Below, one piece after another: positions 1 through 12,050 of a stretch of DNA of 64,000 nucleotides (the first letter of the stretch is position 1; each line of letters starts with the position of its first letter). A program made the position numbers and the translations under genes. The stretch lies in NCBI RefSeq assembly GCF_009914755.1, contig NC_060945.1, one strand, 5' to 3'. The notes under the pieces were generated by a model. It made no database searches and had not been told where the DNA came from. It saw only the letters and a program-made list of their open reading frames with translations. The stretch is from the human T2T-CHM13v2.0 reference genome, Homo sapiens.

Positions 1-759
1 GAAGAGGTAGGGCTCCTTCTTCAGATATTTGTATGAGATTATTCACCTGAGCCACCACCTGCCTGCAGTCCCCCCTATGTTGAAACTACATCCAAGTCCC
101 ACTATACATGGGAGGATAATTAGGAAATGTCCCAGTACTACCAGTTCCATGATGTCCTTCTCGGTGTGAATCTCTGTCTTCTGTCACCAAAGGCAAAGGA
201 AGTTCTCAGTTTGCTAAGGGTTTTATTTAGGAAAAATAATTGTTTTATTCCTGTAGTGTCTAATGTTTCTTCATAAAATGGCTCCATATCCCCCAGGGCT
301 TTGCCTCTCAAGACTGCTTACTTTGTGTGTAGCAAGGATTTGGAGGTTTCAGGGAGGAATGTGATATTCAGAGTGCCTGTACTTTGAAGAGATTGGTCTT
401 GGACCAGTCTTTCAAAAACTTTTTTTTTTTCCCCCTGTGGTCTGCCTTCTGTCTTGAGAGTTTCCAGGAAACAGACCAAACTCCAATCTGAGAATTAGGA
501 CTTAGAAGGTGATTTTACAAGTTGATTATGCCTGTGCTGTGTGATGGTGATGCTTTCGTTTGCCTCTTTTGAGGCTAGGTTCCTTTAGTCTCAAATAGTT
601 CCTCTTTGAGGAACTTTTATAAAATTCTGAGGAAAATTTACTACAAACATAAAGTGCGTATTTTTTTTATCAAGAGAGACCACAGTTCTGGAGGAGAATG
701 CTCAGAACTAGGAGTCTGGATAAAACAGTGAGGTTGTCAGTTGACTGAAAAAGTAACTG

Positions 760-960
760 TTTTGTGCACTGTGCTTTTTAAAAACATGTTTCTTTAATCC
801 TCACAATAACCTCATGAGGCAGTAAGTATAGGTGTCTAATTTAAACTTGAAGAAGTTAATGTTGAAAGAGGTCGGTAATTTTACCAAAGTCATATAGTCA
901 GTAAGAGCTAAGAACTAAATCCAGATCTGTCTGAAGCCAGTCCCATATAATTCTTAAGTC
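760..960 (-). mobile_element. MIR SINE
   Basis: TTTAATCCTCACAATAACCTCATGAGG...AAAGTCATATAG..AAATCCAGATCTGTCTGA resembles the MIR core. Confidence 0.6.
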
Positions 961-1866
961 CTCAGTCTTCAGACCCTCAAAGCTCCCATCTGATAGGATT
1001 CTGACCTCTTTTTACTTCCCCAACCTTTTCCAGCTCTGCGTGTCTGGAACTGGATCCTGGCAAGGCACCCTTAGCGGAGTCTTCTTGGGAGCCCAGGCCT
1101 CAGTACCCAGAATGATTGCTGGAGGGTATAGTTTCAATTTCAAGAGAGAGGCATGCAATTTGTGATGGGCACAAAGTAGGCTGAAGTAATAGAGACTGGG
1201 ATGTGCAATTCTTGTGAGAGGTAAAGAATAACATCTAAGTAGGGAATAACAACAGATAAGTAATGAATGGTTCTGTAAAGCCTTATCTCAGGACCTTTAT
1301 AGTATTTTTATTTTGGGAACTATATTTTTAAATGTGAAATTATTTAGTTTAATTGAGACATTTAGGACTGCTACAATTGTGTTGAAAATTTGCTGTCTTT
1401 AAGTAGAAGCATTATAAAGCTTAAGCAGCTTTAGTCAAAAGTGGATGTTATAACAAATAATGGGAAGGAGGCCTTTTTGGTGGAGATACGTACCTAAATA
1501 ATTTAATTTTGGTGTATATTTTATCTTTGATCTGATCTTGAAGATTTCCATATTTTTACATGGCTTTATGTGGATTTCAATACAAATGTTTACATTTAGA
1601 AAACCATAGTTCTCTGCAGAACTTTACTGAACACTAAAAGACATTGGAGCTTTTCCCTGTGTTATTTCTCTTAAGGTATCTTTTCCTTTTAAAGTGACTA
1701 TCAAATATTTTTAAGGTTTTTATGCCAGTAAGTTTCAGTTCAGTGTTTTGGTTTTAATTGTGGAGTTCTTTTTAAAAGAACCATGTTTATTAAGTTGAGT
1801 TTTATTGGATTGGGGTTTTTATATTTTTGGTTTTAAATAAAAACAAAAAATTTTTGTTTTTTTCAG

Positions 1867-1920
1867 ATGTATTGGCAAGTCAAGAACAACAGATGAATGA
1901 AATAGTTACAATTGATCAAC
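1867..1920 (+). CDS. GABPA: GABPA internal coding exon (54 nt; ..Y VLASQEQQMNEIVTIDQ P..)
   Basis: Poly-T tract plus CAG acceptor ending at 1866 and GTGAGT donor at 1921. Translation matches the GABPA segment after the PNT domain, and its phase joins the next exon. Confidence 0.95.
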
Positions 1921-2009
1921 GTGAGTATTTGTACCTATATTTGCCCTTTTATTAATAAGAAATGTTTATTTGATACCGCAAGGTAATAAAAAGGAAAATT
2001 ATTTAAAAA

Positions 2010-2937
2010 AATTTTTTTTCTACACACAAAATATCTTTTGTTCTGTGGAATGAAAGCTCGACACAAGTACTTTATAAGATCCACTCATGTGTTTTTAAAT
2101 GATACGATTAACATAACAGCTTGCTTTGTATCTCAGTTCACCAAAATTTGTTAGGACATCATTTGTTTCATCTTTACTGACTGTTAATTACCAAGTTGTA
2201 AGAACAATTCTAACCACATTCATACCTGACAGAACTTTCATGCCTGATAATAACTGGATATTAGGTAGCATCCAATTGAAATATCAGTATAGGTTGGATA
2301 CAGCAGAGAAAATATTCAAGTGTCCAAAACAAACTTGAGGAGTTACAGTGGGTTTGAAATGAAGAAAAAAGGCCAAGTTAAAATAGGAAAACAAATAGTT
2401 TTCATTTGGTGGGAGTTGCAATCAAAGTATACAGTTGTATACATTCTAATGGATCATCTGTCCCATGTGGCATTTTCCAAGGCTTGAAGAGTCTACCAGG
2501 GCAAACCCTTCGCCGCCTCCACTACTTTTGCTTGGCTTTTCCCCTTTCTTTTCTCTCGCTTTGCCTTCAGCTTTATTCTTTACCTTTGATTCATCTATAT
2601 TGGGTACTGTACTTGCTAGAAGTACAGTCTAGAAGAGTCTTTTTGTTTCTCTTAATATCCATCTCCATTTTCATGTCATCTTTTCCATCTTTTACCTCAT
2701 GTTGCATTTTCTCTTGGCATGTTTGGGTTTGGGTACCACCACAGTTGCTGTCTCTTAAACATCTTTCATTAAAACATTACTGTCTAGTTTGAGAATACTT
2801 TTAAGCCTGCTGAGCTCTTTTGGGGCATTTTTCCCCCCTTTTCAGCATGCATCTTTCTTTTCCGCTTATGCCATAAGCTTTTAGCTATGTTTTACCTGAG
2901 GTACGAACACACACGTCACAAGATCATCCCAACCGGC
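2010..2937 (-). pseudogene. LLPHP2: LLPH processed pseudogene (probably LLPHP2), antisense in a GABPA intron
   Basis: Minus strand 2888->2493 reads (ATA)AKSLWHKRKRKMHAEK..NAPKELSRLKSILKLDSNVLMKDV*ETATVVVPKPKH..KDDMKMEMDIKRNKKTLLD..QYPI*MNQR*RIKLKAKREKRKGKSQAKVVEAAKGLPW*, matching LLPH. It has ATG>ATA, at least 2 frameshifts, 3 stops and no introns. The 3'UTR end is approximate and the P2 numbering is from recall. Confidence 0.9.
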
Positions 2938-3766
2938 TAAAATTTTTAATGAGGAATTTGAGATACACAAAGAAAGTATAACTAACACCTGTGTACATCA
3001 TTAGAAATAAAATTTTTTACACCAAGTATACCTGTTGTAGGTTTCATTTTCCTCTCTCCTACCAGAGAACTATCTTGAATTTTATGTTTATTACTGTCTG
3101 CATATTTTATATTTTTACCAACTATGTAATCGTAAACACTGTATAGCATTGTTTTCCACATGTTTAAACATTGTTTGTAAAATAATACATTGTACATATT
3201 ATTTTATAACTTTTTTATCATTTGAGAATTACTCATGTTGATACTTGCAGCTGTTTCATTCATTTTCACTGCTGTATCTTTTAAATGCTGTGAAAACATC
3301 ATTGAATGAATATTTGTAAGAACATGTGTGAGATGTTCGTGTCATAGGGTTTCTATCCTTTCAGCCTTACTCCAGATATTGCCAGATTCTCAAAGTGGTG
3401 GTGTGAATTCTCATTTGTCCACATTTAGTACAATATATTTGACAAACCGTTTTTATGAACAAATGTTTTAAGAACAAACATGTTTAAATACTCTCTTTGT
3501 CTAATGTGTATGCATCACTAAGTTATTTCCAAACAAGAATACTAGCTCTTACTAAGATGCACAAACTATAATGCAAGCGTTATACTTTACCATCTGAACT
3601 TTTTTGTTATTTTGTTTGAAATTGTGGATTGAGGCTTTCTGTAGTGAAGTACTTTCTTGGGGGTAATTCATAGGGCATTAGTTAAAGTGATAATGTCTTT
3701 CAGTAATTTTTTTTTTTTCCTGCTTGTATTGGAAGAAAAAAAATTTCTCCTTGTCTGTCTTTGCAG

Positions 3767-3907
3767 CTGTGCAAATTATTCCAGCATCAGTGCAATCTGC
3801 TACACCTACTACCATTAAAGTTATAAATAGTAGTGCGAAAGCAGCCAAAGTACAAAGAGCGCCGAGGATTTCAGGAGAAGATAGAAGCTCACCTGGGAAC
3901 AGAACAG
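3767..3907 (+). CDS. GABPA: GABPA coding exon (141 nt; PVQIIPASVQSATPTTIKVINSSAKAAKVQRAPRISGEDRSSPGNRTG)
   Basis: TTTGCAG acceptor ending at 3766 and GTATTT donor at 3908. The peptide is visible inside ORF 3724..3954 and is recognisable GABPA sequence. Confidence 0.97.
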
Positions 3908-4151
3908 GTATTTTTGTATTTTCTTGTATTTATAAAATATATCTATCTAATTAGGTATATTTTGTTGTATTTTACTGTATGAAAAATGTGAATTTGGACT
4001 ATCCCTCTGGCAGTTTTTAGACAGCATTTCTAGAAAAACAAAAATTGTTTTTGCCATGGCTGAGATTTAAACCACGGGACCAGTTTGTTGTCTTTGCCTT
4101 GGGCTAATCTATAACACTATAGCTAATGCTTTGTTCCTCTTACCAATTTAG

Positions 4152-4344
4152 GAAACAATGGCCAAATCCAACTATGGCAGTTTTTGCTAGAACTTCTTAC
4201 TGATAAGGACGCTCGAGACTGCATTTCTTGGGTTGGTGATGAAGGTGAATTTAAGCTAAATCAGCCTGAACTGGTTGCACAGAAATGGGGACAGCGTAAA
4301 AATAAGCCTACGATGAACTATGAGAAACTCAGTCGTGCATTAAG
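4152..4344 (+). CDS. GABPA: GABPA coding exon, ETS domain N-terminal part ([64 protein letters not shown])
   Basis: TTTAG acceptor ending at 4151 and GTAAGC donor at 4345. Contains the canonical ETS motifs LWQFLLELL and [11 protein letters not shown]. Confidence 0.98.
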
Positions 4345-5329
4345 GTAAGCCTTTATTACTTTTTTTTCTGTTATCAAAAATAGAAACTTTCTAAAAAATA
4401 GTTTCTTATTCTAGATGTAATAAGCATTGTTATGTAATGATATTAAAAACTTGTTTATGTTTTTTTCTTTACATATTAAAAAACCTTTTTAAAAAGATCT
4501 TAATAATTTCGAGGTACAGTTTTTTTTTTACAAAATTACTCTAAGATTGTTTGTTTTTATCTGATTTGAAAGCTATAATACTCTGTCCCAAAAAAAAATG
4601 TTTAATTTTTGAGGTTTTTATTATTTGCATAGATGAATTGAGTGTTAGTTTTTAATGAGTAAGCAGAAACTGTCCTCTGTTTTTACAATTACAAGCAGAA
4701 TATTGACCCATTTTCTACACAATCTGCCTAAATCTGGATATCCAATCTTTACATTGATACAAACTCTCCGTAAGTAGTATAAGGTTTTTTGACAGAAATT
4801 ACTATCAGAAATTATGCCTACTACAGTGATGGAAATTCAACAGGTACATTTAAGTATCTGAGAAGAAGGATATATAAGAATATCACGGAATTATGTCTGA
4901 TTTTTTGGGAGATTGAATATAGTAAAATAGTTCTGCAATTCACGAGTTTTTCTAAATAGCATGCTTTTACTGCTTCTTCATGTTTCACTTGGCCATTTTC
5001 ACACTGAAAGATTATAATTTAGCTCACACACACACACTCTCCCTTCCCCTTTCCATCCCTTCATCTCAGTATCCCAATATAATTATATGGAAATTTTGGT
5101 TCAGCGAGTATTCATTGTTACAGTATTACGGCCATGTAACTATTATTACATAGTTGGCTGTGATTATTTTTCTTTTCCTGAATGACCCTTTTTTTCTCAG
5201 AGTTCATGAGTAACTAAAATGTTTAGTTTTCAAAATGCTTATCCTTTACCATTCAGTCTCAAACACATTGCCAACTGTCTAAAGATTCTTCGTTTATAAT
5301 CATAATTAAAGCTGCCATTTTTGAGAGTT

Positions 5330-6930
5330 GATACAGATTGTATACATACAAGTCCCCTCAAAATTACAGGTAAATTGTTAGAGTTAATAATTAAGATGTC
5401 AGTTCCCCCCCAGATTGATCTAAGTTTCAGTGCAGCAACTTAGTTTAATTTGAAAAATCAAACTAAGTTTTTCATAGAACTTGAGAAGATAATTGTAAAA
5501 TTTACATGGGACTATAAAGTACCATGGTAGTCAGGACACCTGAAGATTAGCAAAGTGGAAAGACTTGTCCCACAGGATATTGAGACTGACTCTAAAGTTA
5601 CAGTAATAAGACAGTTATGCTATTTTCTCAAGACAAATAGGCCATACAGTAGAATAGGGAGCCAAAATAGAACCAGGAATATGTAAGCATTTGATTTAAA
5701 GAAATGGCAGTGGGGAGAAAACATATGAGGAAACGACCTGCTTTTCAATAATCAGTGCTGGGATAATTTACTCTCCATCTCTGGGGAAAAGTAAAAGTTG
5801 ACCTCTTGCTTATGCCGTACCAAAAATCAATTCCATGTAGCTTGTAGCTCTACATGTAAAAAGTAAAATAGAAAAGGATCTAGAAATACTTTCATAACTT
5901 CTGGTGGTAGGGAGACATTTAAACAGAATCAAAAGGACTAATTCTAAAGGGAAAGATCAATAAACTGGACTATATTTAAATTAGGAATTTCTGTTCGTTG
6001 AAAGCCTTATTAAGAGAGCCACACATGTCGGACAGAAGTATCTAGAATATCTAACCAATTCTTACAAATCAATTTTTTAATGGGCAAGAGACTTGAATAG
6101 ACACCTCAGGCTAGAGATTATCCAAATGGCCAATGAATATATGCAAAGGTGTACGGCCTCATTAGTATTCAGAGTAATGCAATTGAAAACCATAATTAAA
6201 TGGTACAACTCACCCCCTAGAGTGGCTACAATTTAAAAGATTGCCAGAACTAAGCTCTGTTGAGGATATGGAGCAATGGGAATGCTTCTACCCTTTTGAT
6301 AGGAATGTAAATTGTAACAGTTGCTCCCCTAAGCAACTGTTTCATACACATCAAACAGAGATGTACTTCTATGCCCATACACATGTTCATAGCAGATTAT
6401 TTATAACATCCAAACCCCAGAAACAACCAGATATCTATCAACAGTAGAGTGAATGAATCATTTATGGTATATTCATACAAGAATACCTTGCATTCTTGAA
6501 AACTAAGCTCCTGCTACAAACAATGACCAGTGAACCTCACAAACATAATGTTCAGTGACAGAATCCAGACCCAAAAGACCAAATTCTGTATGATTACATT
6601 TATTTAGTAAAGTTCAAAAAACAGGAAAATTAAATTTCAGTATTTAGGGATGCATGTTTGGGTGATAAAAATATAAAGAAAAAGCAGTCAAATTACTATC
6701 ATGATACAGGCTTGTGTTTACCTTTTAGAGCCAGGATTTGGGGAGTGATTGGGAGGGGACATAAAGGGGATTCTAGATGCTGGCAGTGTTCTGTTTCTTG
6801 ACCTGAGTGATACTTAACAGGTGAGTGAATGTTCACTTTGTAATAAATCACTGAACTGTTCACTTCTGTGTCCTTTTGTTTGTGTGATATATTTGCAATT
6901 AAAAAGTTTAAAAAAATACAAGTTTAAAAA
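5330..6930 (+). mobile_element. Old L1M (L1MC/ME-like) ORF2 3' end and 3'UTR
   Basis: Degenerate L1 motifs (CAGATTGATCTA, GGGCAAGAGACTTGAATAGACAC, ATGTTCATAGCAG, TTGACCTGAGTG) ending in an A-rich tail. Confidence 0.75.
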
Positions 6931-8039
6931 AAAAGAGGGAAGAAAAGAAATCATATCCATGAAATACAGGTATTGTGTATCTTTCATTTTAGGGAGGCAA
7001 CAAGTGGAATAAATGCTACTATATACAGTTGTGTGATGCATCTACTAGATCAAAAGAAGTATTCAGTAAAATTCAAATTTATGTGTGTATATTCTTTTTT
7101 ATCACCTCTTACCAAGAAATATGATTATGCCAACTCCATTTTCCTCCTAGAATTATAAAACCTCTTTCCTTTTCCATTTTCCTTTTTTTCCCCACGTATA
7201 GTCTTACATATTAATGTAGAAATTTTTTAAAGCAATTGATATGCCTATAGCATTTTTAACTGGATGGCAAGGAATTGTTGGTTTATGAGCTGAAATCCAA
7301 ATTCTGTACTAATGTAATTGACATAAATGGAAACTACAAGACTGCCCAATGTGTTATATCTCTTACTGGGAAATCAAACATAACTATTTTTCTTTTGCTA
7401 TTCTGGAATTAGGGAAAGATGACAATTTCCTGTATATAGGTCAGTCCTTTCATTAATAGACTCTTGATTAAGCCAAGTGACTTTTATCCTGCTAAATGTG
7501 ATAGTTTATATCTGGTACTTTTGCAAATAGTTGTTTCTTTTATAATAGCCCTTTGTCAGTGGGCAGTGCAATTTTAAAATAAGGGCTTTGCAATCTGCCA
7601 GTCGTGGAAAGAGCTTGACTTGCCTCTTTTTCCTGTTGTTGGAATTAGCAATACATAGTGTGTGTTTAAATAAAGTCTGTTTTCCAAAGGAAACATAAAT
7701 CCAGCTCCATTTGCATCTCTATAGAATGCAGCAGTAAACTAGATTTCTAGAATGATTGCCGGAACTCTGCTTGTGTACGTTTAGAAACATTGTCTCTTTG
7801 CAATGTCCTTTACCTGTTTTTCTGTATCCTCTGTTTCTTTTAGACCTTTTCCTTAGACTTAAAGCTCCCTATTGGGCTTGGATAATTTATCTGAAATTTG
7901 GAAAGCGTTTACATAGTGAAATAATAAAGATGAAGACATGACTTCATCATATAGGATTCTTTACAAGACAGAAAAGAAGTGGAATATATGTATTAATTTT
8001 TTTTATATTATCGATTTTTATTAACATAGCTTATATTTT

Positions 8040-8255
8040 GTAGAGGGCTGTGTGCCAGTCATTGTATACTAAGCACTTTACAAAGATTATCCCTTTAATC
8101 CTCAACAATGATATGAGGGTATAAGCACTGTTAACCTCACTTTATAGATGAGGAATAAAAGCTTTGAGAAAATATGACTCCTGTGGTCTCAAAAATGTTA
8201 GGTTTTGAATCTTGGCTTTCTGACTCCAAAGCTCTTGTTCTTAGGCTCTTCTACT
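8040..8255 (-). mobile_element. MIR SINE
   Basis: TTTAATCCTCAACAA...TTTATAGATGAGGAA...TCTGACTCCAAAGC. Confidence 0.7.
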
Positions 8256-8564
8256 GCTCTCAAGGTTTTTTGTTTTGTTTAATAATTATTTTTAAATCAA
8301 TGTTTTATTCTAATTGTTGAAAATATGTTTTGAAAGTTTAATGTATAGAGTTTTGGAGTAGTGAGCATTGAAATTTTAGTAAATAATGTTGGGATGTTTC
8401 ATTTGATAGTAGCATTAAATATTCTACATAGCTTCAATATTAATTGCTATTGTGGCGGATGCAGTACTCTACTAGGCTTCTGCTTATGGAATAGTCTGTA
8501 AATTATTGTAAGAAGTCTCATTTATTTTTTCTGAAGTCTCTAATTTTTTTTTCTCTTTTTGAAG

Positions 8565-8793
8565 ATATTATTACGATGGGGACATGATTTGTAAAGTTCA
8601 AGGCAAGAGATTTGTGTACAAGTTTGTCTGTGACTTGAAGACTCTTATTGGATACAGTGCAGCGGAGTTGAACCGTTTGGTCACAGAATGTGAACAGAAG
8701 AAACTTGCAAAGATGCAGCTCCATGGAATTGCCCAGCCAGTCACAGCAGTAGCTCTGGCTACTGCTTCTCTGCAAACGGAAAAGGATAATTGA
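8565..8793 (+). CDS. GABPA: GABPA last coding exon ([39 protein letters not shown]...LQTEKDN*)
   Basis: Pyrimidine tract plus GAAG acceptor ending at 8564. Encodes the ETS C-terminal RFVYKF and the GABPB-contacting helical extension; TGA at 8791-8793. Confidence 0.98.
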
Positions 8794-11700
8794 GCCCCAG
8801 GACATTCTGAGACTCCAAAGTCTTTCTTAAAATGTTTAGAGCAAGTATAGCTCTTACCTTTATTACTGAATTTGAATCTTCTTTTATTTCTAGGCTGTAC
8901 AGTCTGATGCATGATTTTTTTATAAATATTTCATACTCTTGTGAATTTGGATCTTTTTACTTTGAGCATATATTTTAGAATATGTGTATGTTAAAGGATC
9001 TCCACAATGTCTGCAGTGTGAAGGCAGGTTCATTGTGGAATAGTTTAACAGTCAGGAAGGCTAAACTGGTCAGTATTAATGTGTAGCCCTACCAAAAATA
9101 GCCAGTAGTATCTGAAAATGAAAAATAAATGAAGTATCTCTAGGAAACAGTCTGGCTTAACTATTTTTGAAAATATAACTGTTTCCCCTCTCTGCTGCTT
9201 TAGATGTTGCTTTACATAGAACCAGAAAATGGAATTTCTCAGCTAAAGCATGTGTGCCTGTTTCATCTAATCAAGCAGAGCTAAAATGTTCATACCGAAT
9301 AAATTTATATTAATAAATTACTAAACTAAGAGTATCAGGTTATTTATATATTTGCAAGCAAAGGACAGTAAGAAGTTGACTGGCAAAAGAGCAGTGCTGA
9401 AGGAGGAGATCCAGGTTTAAATCTGGCTTATTAACTCAAGCCAATTTTAAGGATTTTCTGTATAGATTACTCATGTCAGACCAAGAATTTAAATTATTTT
9501 GAGAGAGGCATTTAATTCTAATAAACCAGCTGTTATAAAAATTATAAAATGATCTCTGTTTTTCCTGTCAGAGATTTAAAAAACTGAAAAGGTATACCTC
9601 AACCCAAAAATAAAGGTTTGTTTTGGTTTGTTATGGCTTCCTTTTTTAAAAAATTACCCTGTAGTGCCAGTTTATTATGCAAAGCAGCTTATATTCCTTT
9701 GTTTCTGATAAAATGAAGACTTTAAATCAGTCAGTAGTACTTTACCTTTCAAGGCATTAGTAAATTACTTGCAAATAGTTTTAAAAGGAAAATACGACCT
9801 TTGTTATAGGCAGTCTTCTCTTTAAGACAATACTTTTCCACTTGTTTTCCTTTTCCATATTATATATGTGTATTCATATAGCTGTATACATATTCAGTTG
9901 ATCATTTTATAAACATATGAAGGCATAAAGATATACAGAAGAAAAATTATTAAACAACTCATTTTAAGATTCAAATTAACTAATTCCTGCATATATGACA
10001 TTCCTTACATAAGCGAACACTAAACAAAAATGGCTAGAAATGTCTTTTTCTTTCTTTTCTCTCTTTGTTGTTTAAGGTATTAAGCACGAATTATTACATG
10101 AGACTGGCAGATAGCTATTAATCCTCTTACAGATTTGAGAAAGTTGATTCTCAAATATTTATGCACCTTCTCCTTCATTGTTTTCTTTAAATCTGTCCTC
10201 TTAAAAAGCTTCTTAAGAGCTCAGTTAATGCTTTTGACTTAACTAGGAGAAAAAGGCATGATAATACAGGCAAGATGGCATTGTTAGCAATTCTGGTAGT
10301 GGTTTGGAATGAATCCTAAGAGGCAGGGATCTTAAGGACAAGGAAGAGAAGAGAGAGAGGGAGGGATCTTTGATCTCTTTCTCTGGTAATCTTAATGCAT
10401 AATTTTACTAAAACATGTTCTCAATTCATTCATATTATTAAGCTCTTCCTGCAGTTGATATCTGAGCAGAGTAAGATTTGTATTTCCATTTTTACTTTTT
10501 TGAAAGAGAATATATGGACAGATTATTAGTACAATTTGGGCACTGTGGTTTTAAGAATATCTGAGTAAAATAACAATATGAAATAATAAACAGAAGCTCT
10601 AACGTCAGGTAACAAATAGACAGCAAGAAAGGTTTTGCACCATCCTCTTACGGCCTAGAGAGTTGACAAGTTGCTTGTAGTTTTAAAAAAATAATAAAGT
10701 ATACCCTTCTGGTATATCATCAAGAGCTTAAGAATCTTGGCTTTCATATTTAAAATGCTTTTGGGGAGACATATATTAAAATTTTAGCCAAGATGATAGA
10801 CATGTCTCAATTATATATGTGTGTGTATGTTTTTAAAGCTAAAAACATTACTTTTAGATCCCTAGAATGAAAATTTTTTTCTCATCTATGCAATTCCCAT
10901 ATGGTTTTTTTTAAATCATATTTTATTCATTTTCTCCCTTTAGCAATTTTCATTTTATTTCTCATAATTTGAACAGAGACAGTTCTCATACATGATCAGA
11001 TGCTTTTTTTTTCTTCTTACCATCATTTATGCATGACATAGGTAATGTGACTAATTTCTCCAGTTGATTCAAGAAACTCATTACTTTGCCTCAAATTATA
11101 TGTAAAATATTTGTTTTACTTAGGTTACAGTTATCAGAAAGGTAGTTTTTTTCTTCTATTAAAATATAACATTGTGAAAGAAAATAAAATTTATGCTATT
11201 CTTTGCTTTGTTTTTATAAATGAATTTTTCATAGAATTTACAGTATATTCAAAGGAAGAAAGATAAAATTATTGGTCATCATTTGTACCTTAGAAGTACA
11301 AGAATTTAAGTAAAAGAAATGTTCATTTTTGTTTTAAAATTTGTTTTCCATGTGAAGTTTTTATTGAGCCAACTTTCATACATATCTTGCTAGCCTAAAG
11401 TCTAAATATTTGTGTTGGCATCAGAAAAACAAATGAGGCAGAATTGCTATGTGTGGTTGATCTTCAGATAAATTGACTGATCACAGTTATTTTTGTATCA
11501 GTCTATGTTATTAGGAAAAATTGTTTAGTTGTTTTCTCCCCTGATTAATGGTGATATTCAAGTATGATACAAAAAGAATTGTACCACCAAATATTTTTGT
11601 GAGGTCTGCTGTTTTCCATATTCATTTTATGCTACTGCCTTTAAGAAAGAACTAGTGTATCCTTGAAATAGCACAAAAATGTTTTAAAATTCATAATTGC

Positions 11701-12022
11701 AAAACAAATCTGTGACTAACTTAATGTCTTCAGATCTAAAGGGTGTAAAAATATTGATACTTCAATATTTCACTTGCTGCCAGGAAAAACAAAATTCTCA
11801 ATCTTTTGTAAATGGGAGGAGGACTTTTGCATACATTTTTACTCTTTAAATAACGACAACGACACTTATACTGTCATAATAACAATTATGTATTTCTTTG
11901 TGGTTTTAATTTTTTTTGTAATTTTACATAAAACAGTTATTTTCTATTTTTACGCAGATAAATATTTGTGCATAAAATGTAAAAATAGTAAAATGAGAAA
12001 AATAAAACTATTATACAGTATG
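8794..12022 (+). other. GABPA: GABPA 3'UTR (~3.2 kb, AU-rich, no recognisable Alu/L1)
   Basis: Repeat-free AU-rich sequence after the stop codon, ending at AATAAA 12001-12006 followed by a GU/U-rich element. The exact 3' end is inferred. Confidence 0.8.
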
Positions 12023-12050
12023 TTTCTGTGTTGCTTAAAAGTTTTTTTTC
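12001..12050 (+). terminator. Distal polyadenylation signal of GABPA
   Basis: AATAAA at 12001-12006, then downstream TGTTTCTGTGTTG (12021-12033) and a T-run, typical of a CstF element. Confidence 0.75.

Noticed and set aside
2406-2792. 128-aa Leu/Phe-rich ORF on + strand
   Set aside because: It is the antisense reading of the Lys-rich LLPH pseudogene and has a non-ATG start.
6208-6226. Second CTCF-like motif CACCCCCTAGAGTGG
   Set aside because: Several core mismatches, inside an L1, with no CpG retention.
8518-8912. Two minus-strand ORFs (95 and 104 aa)
   Set aside because: Antisense shadows of the GABPA last exon.
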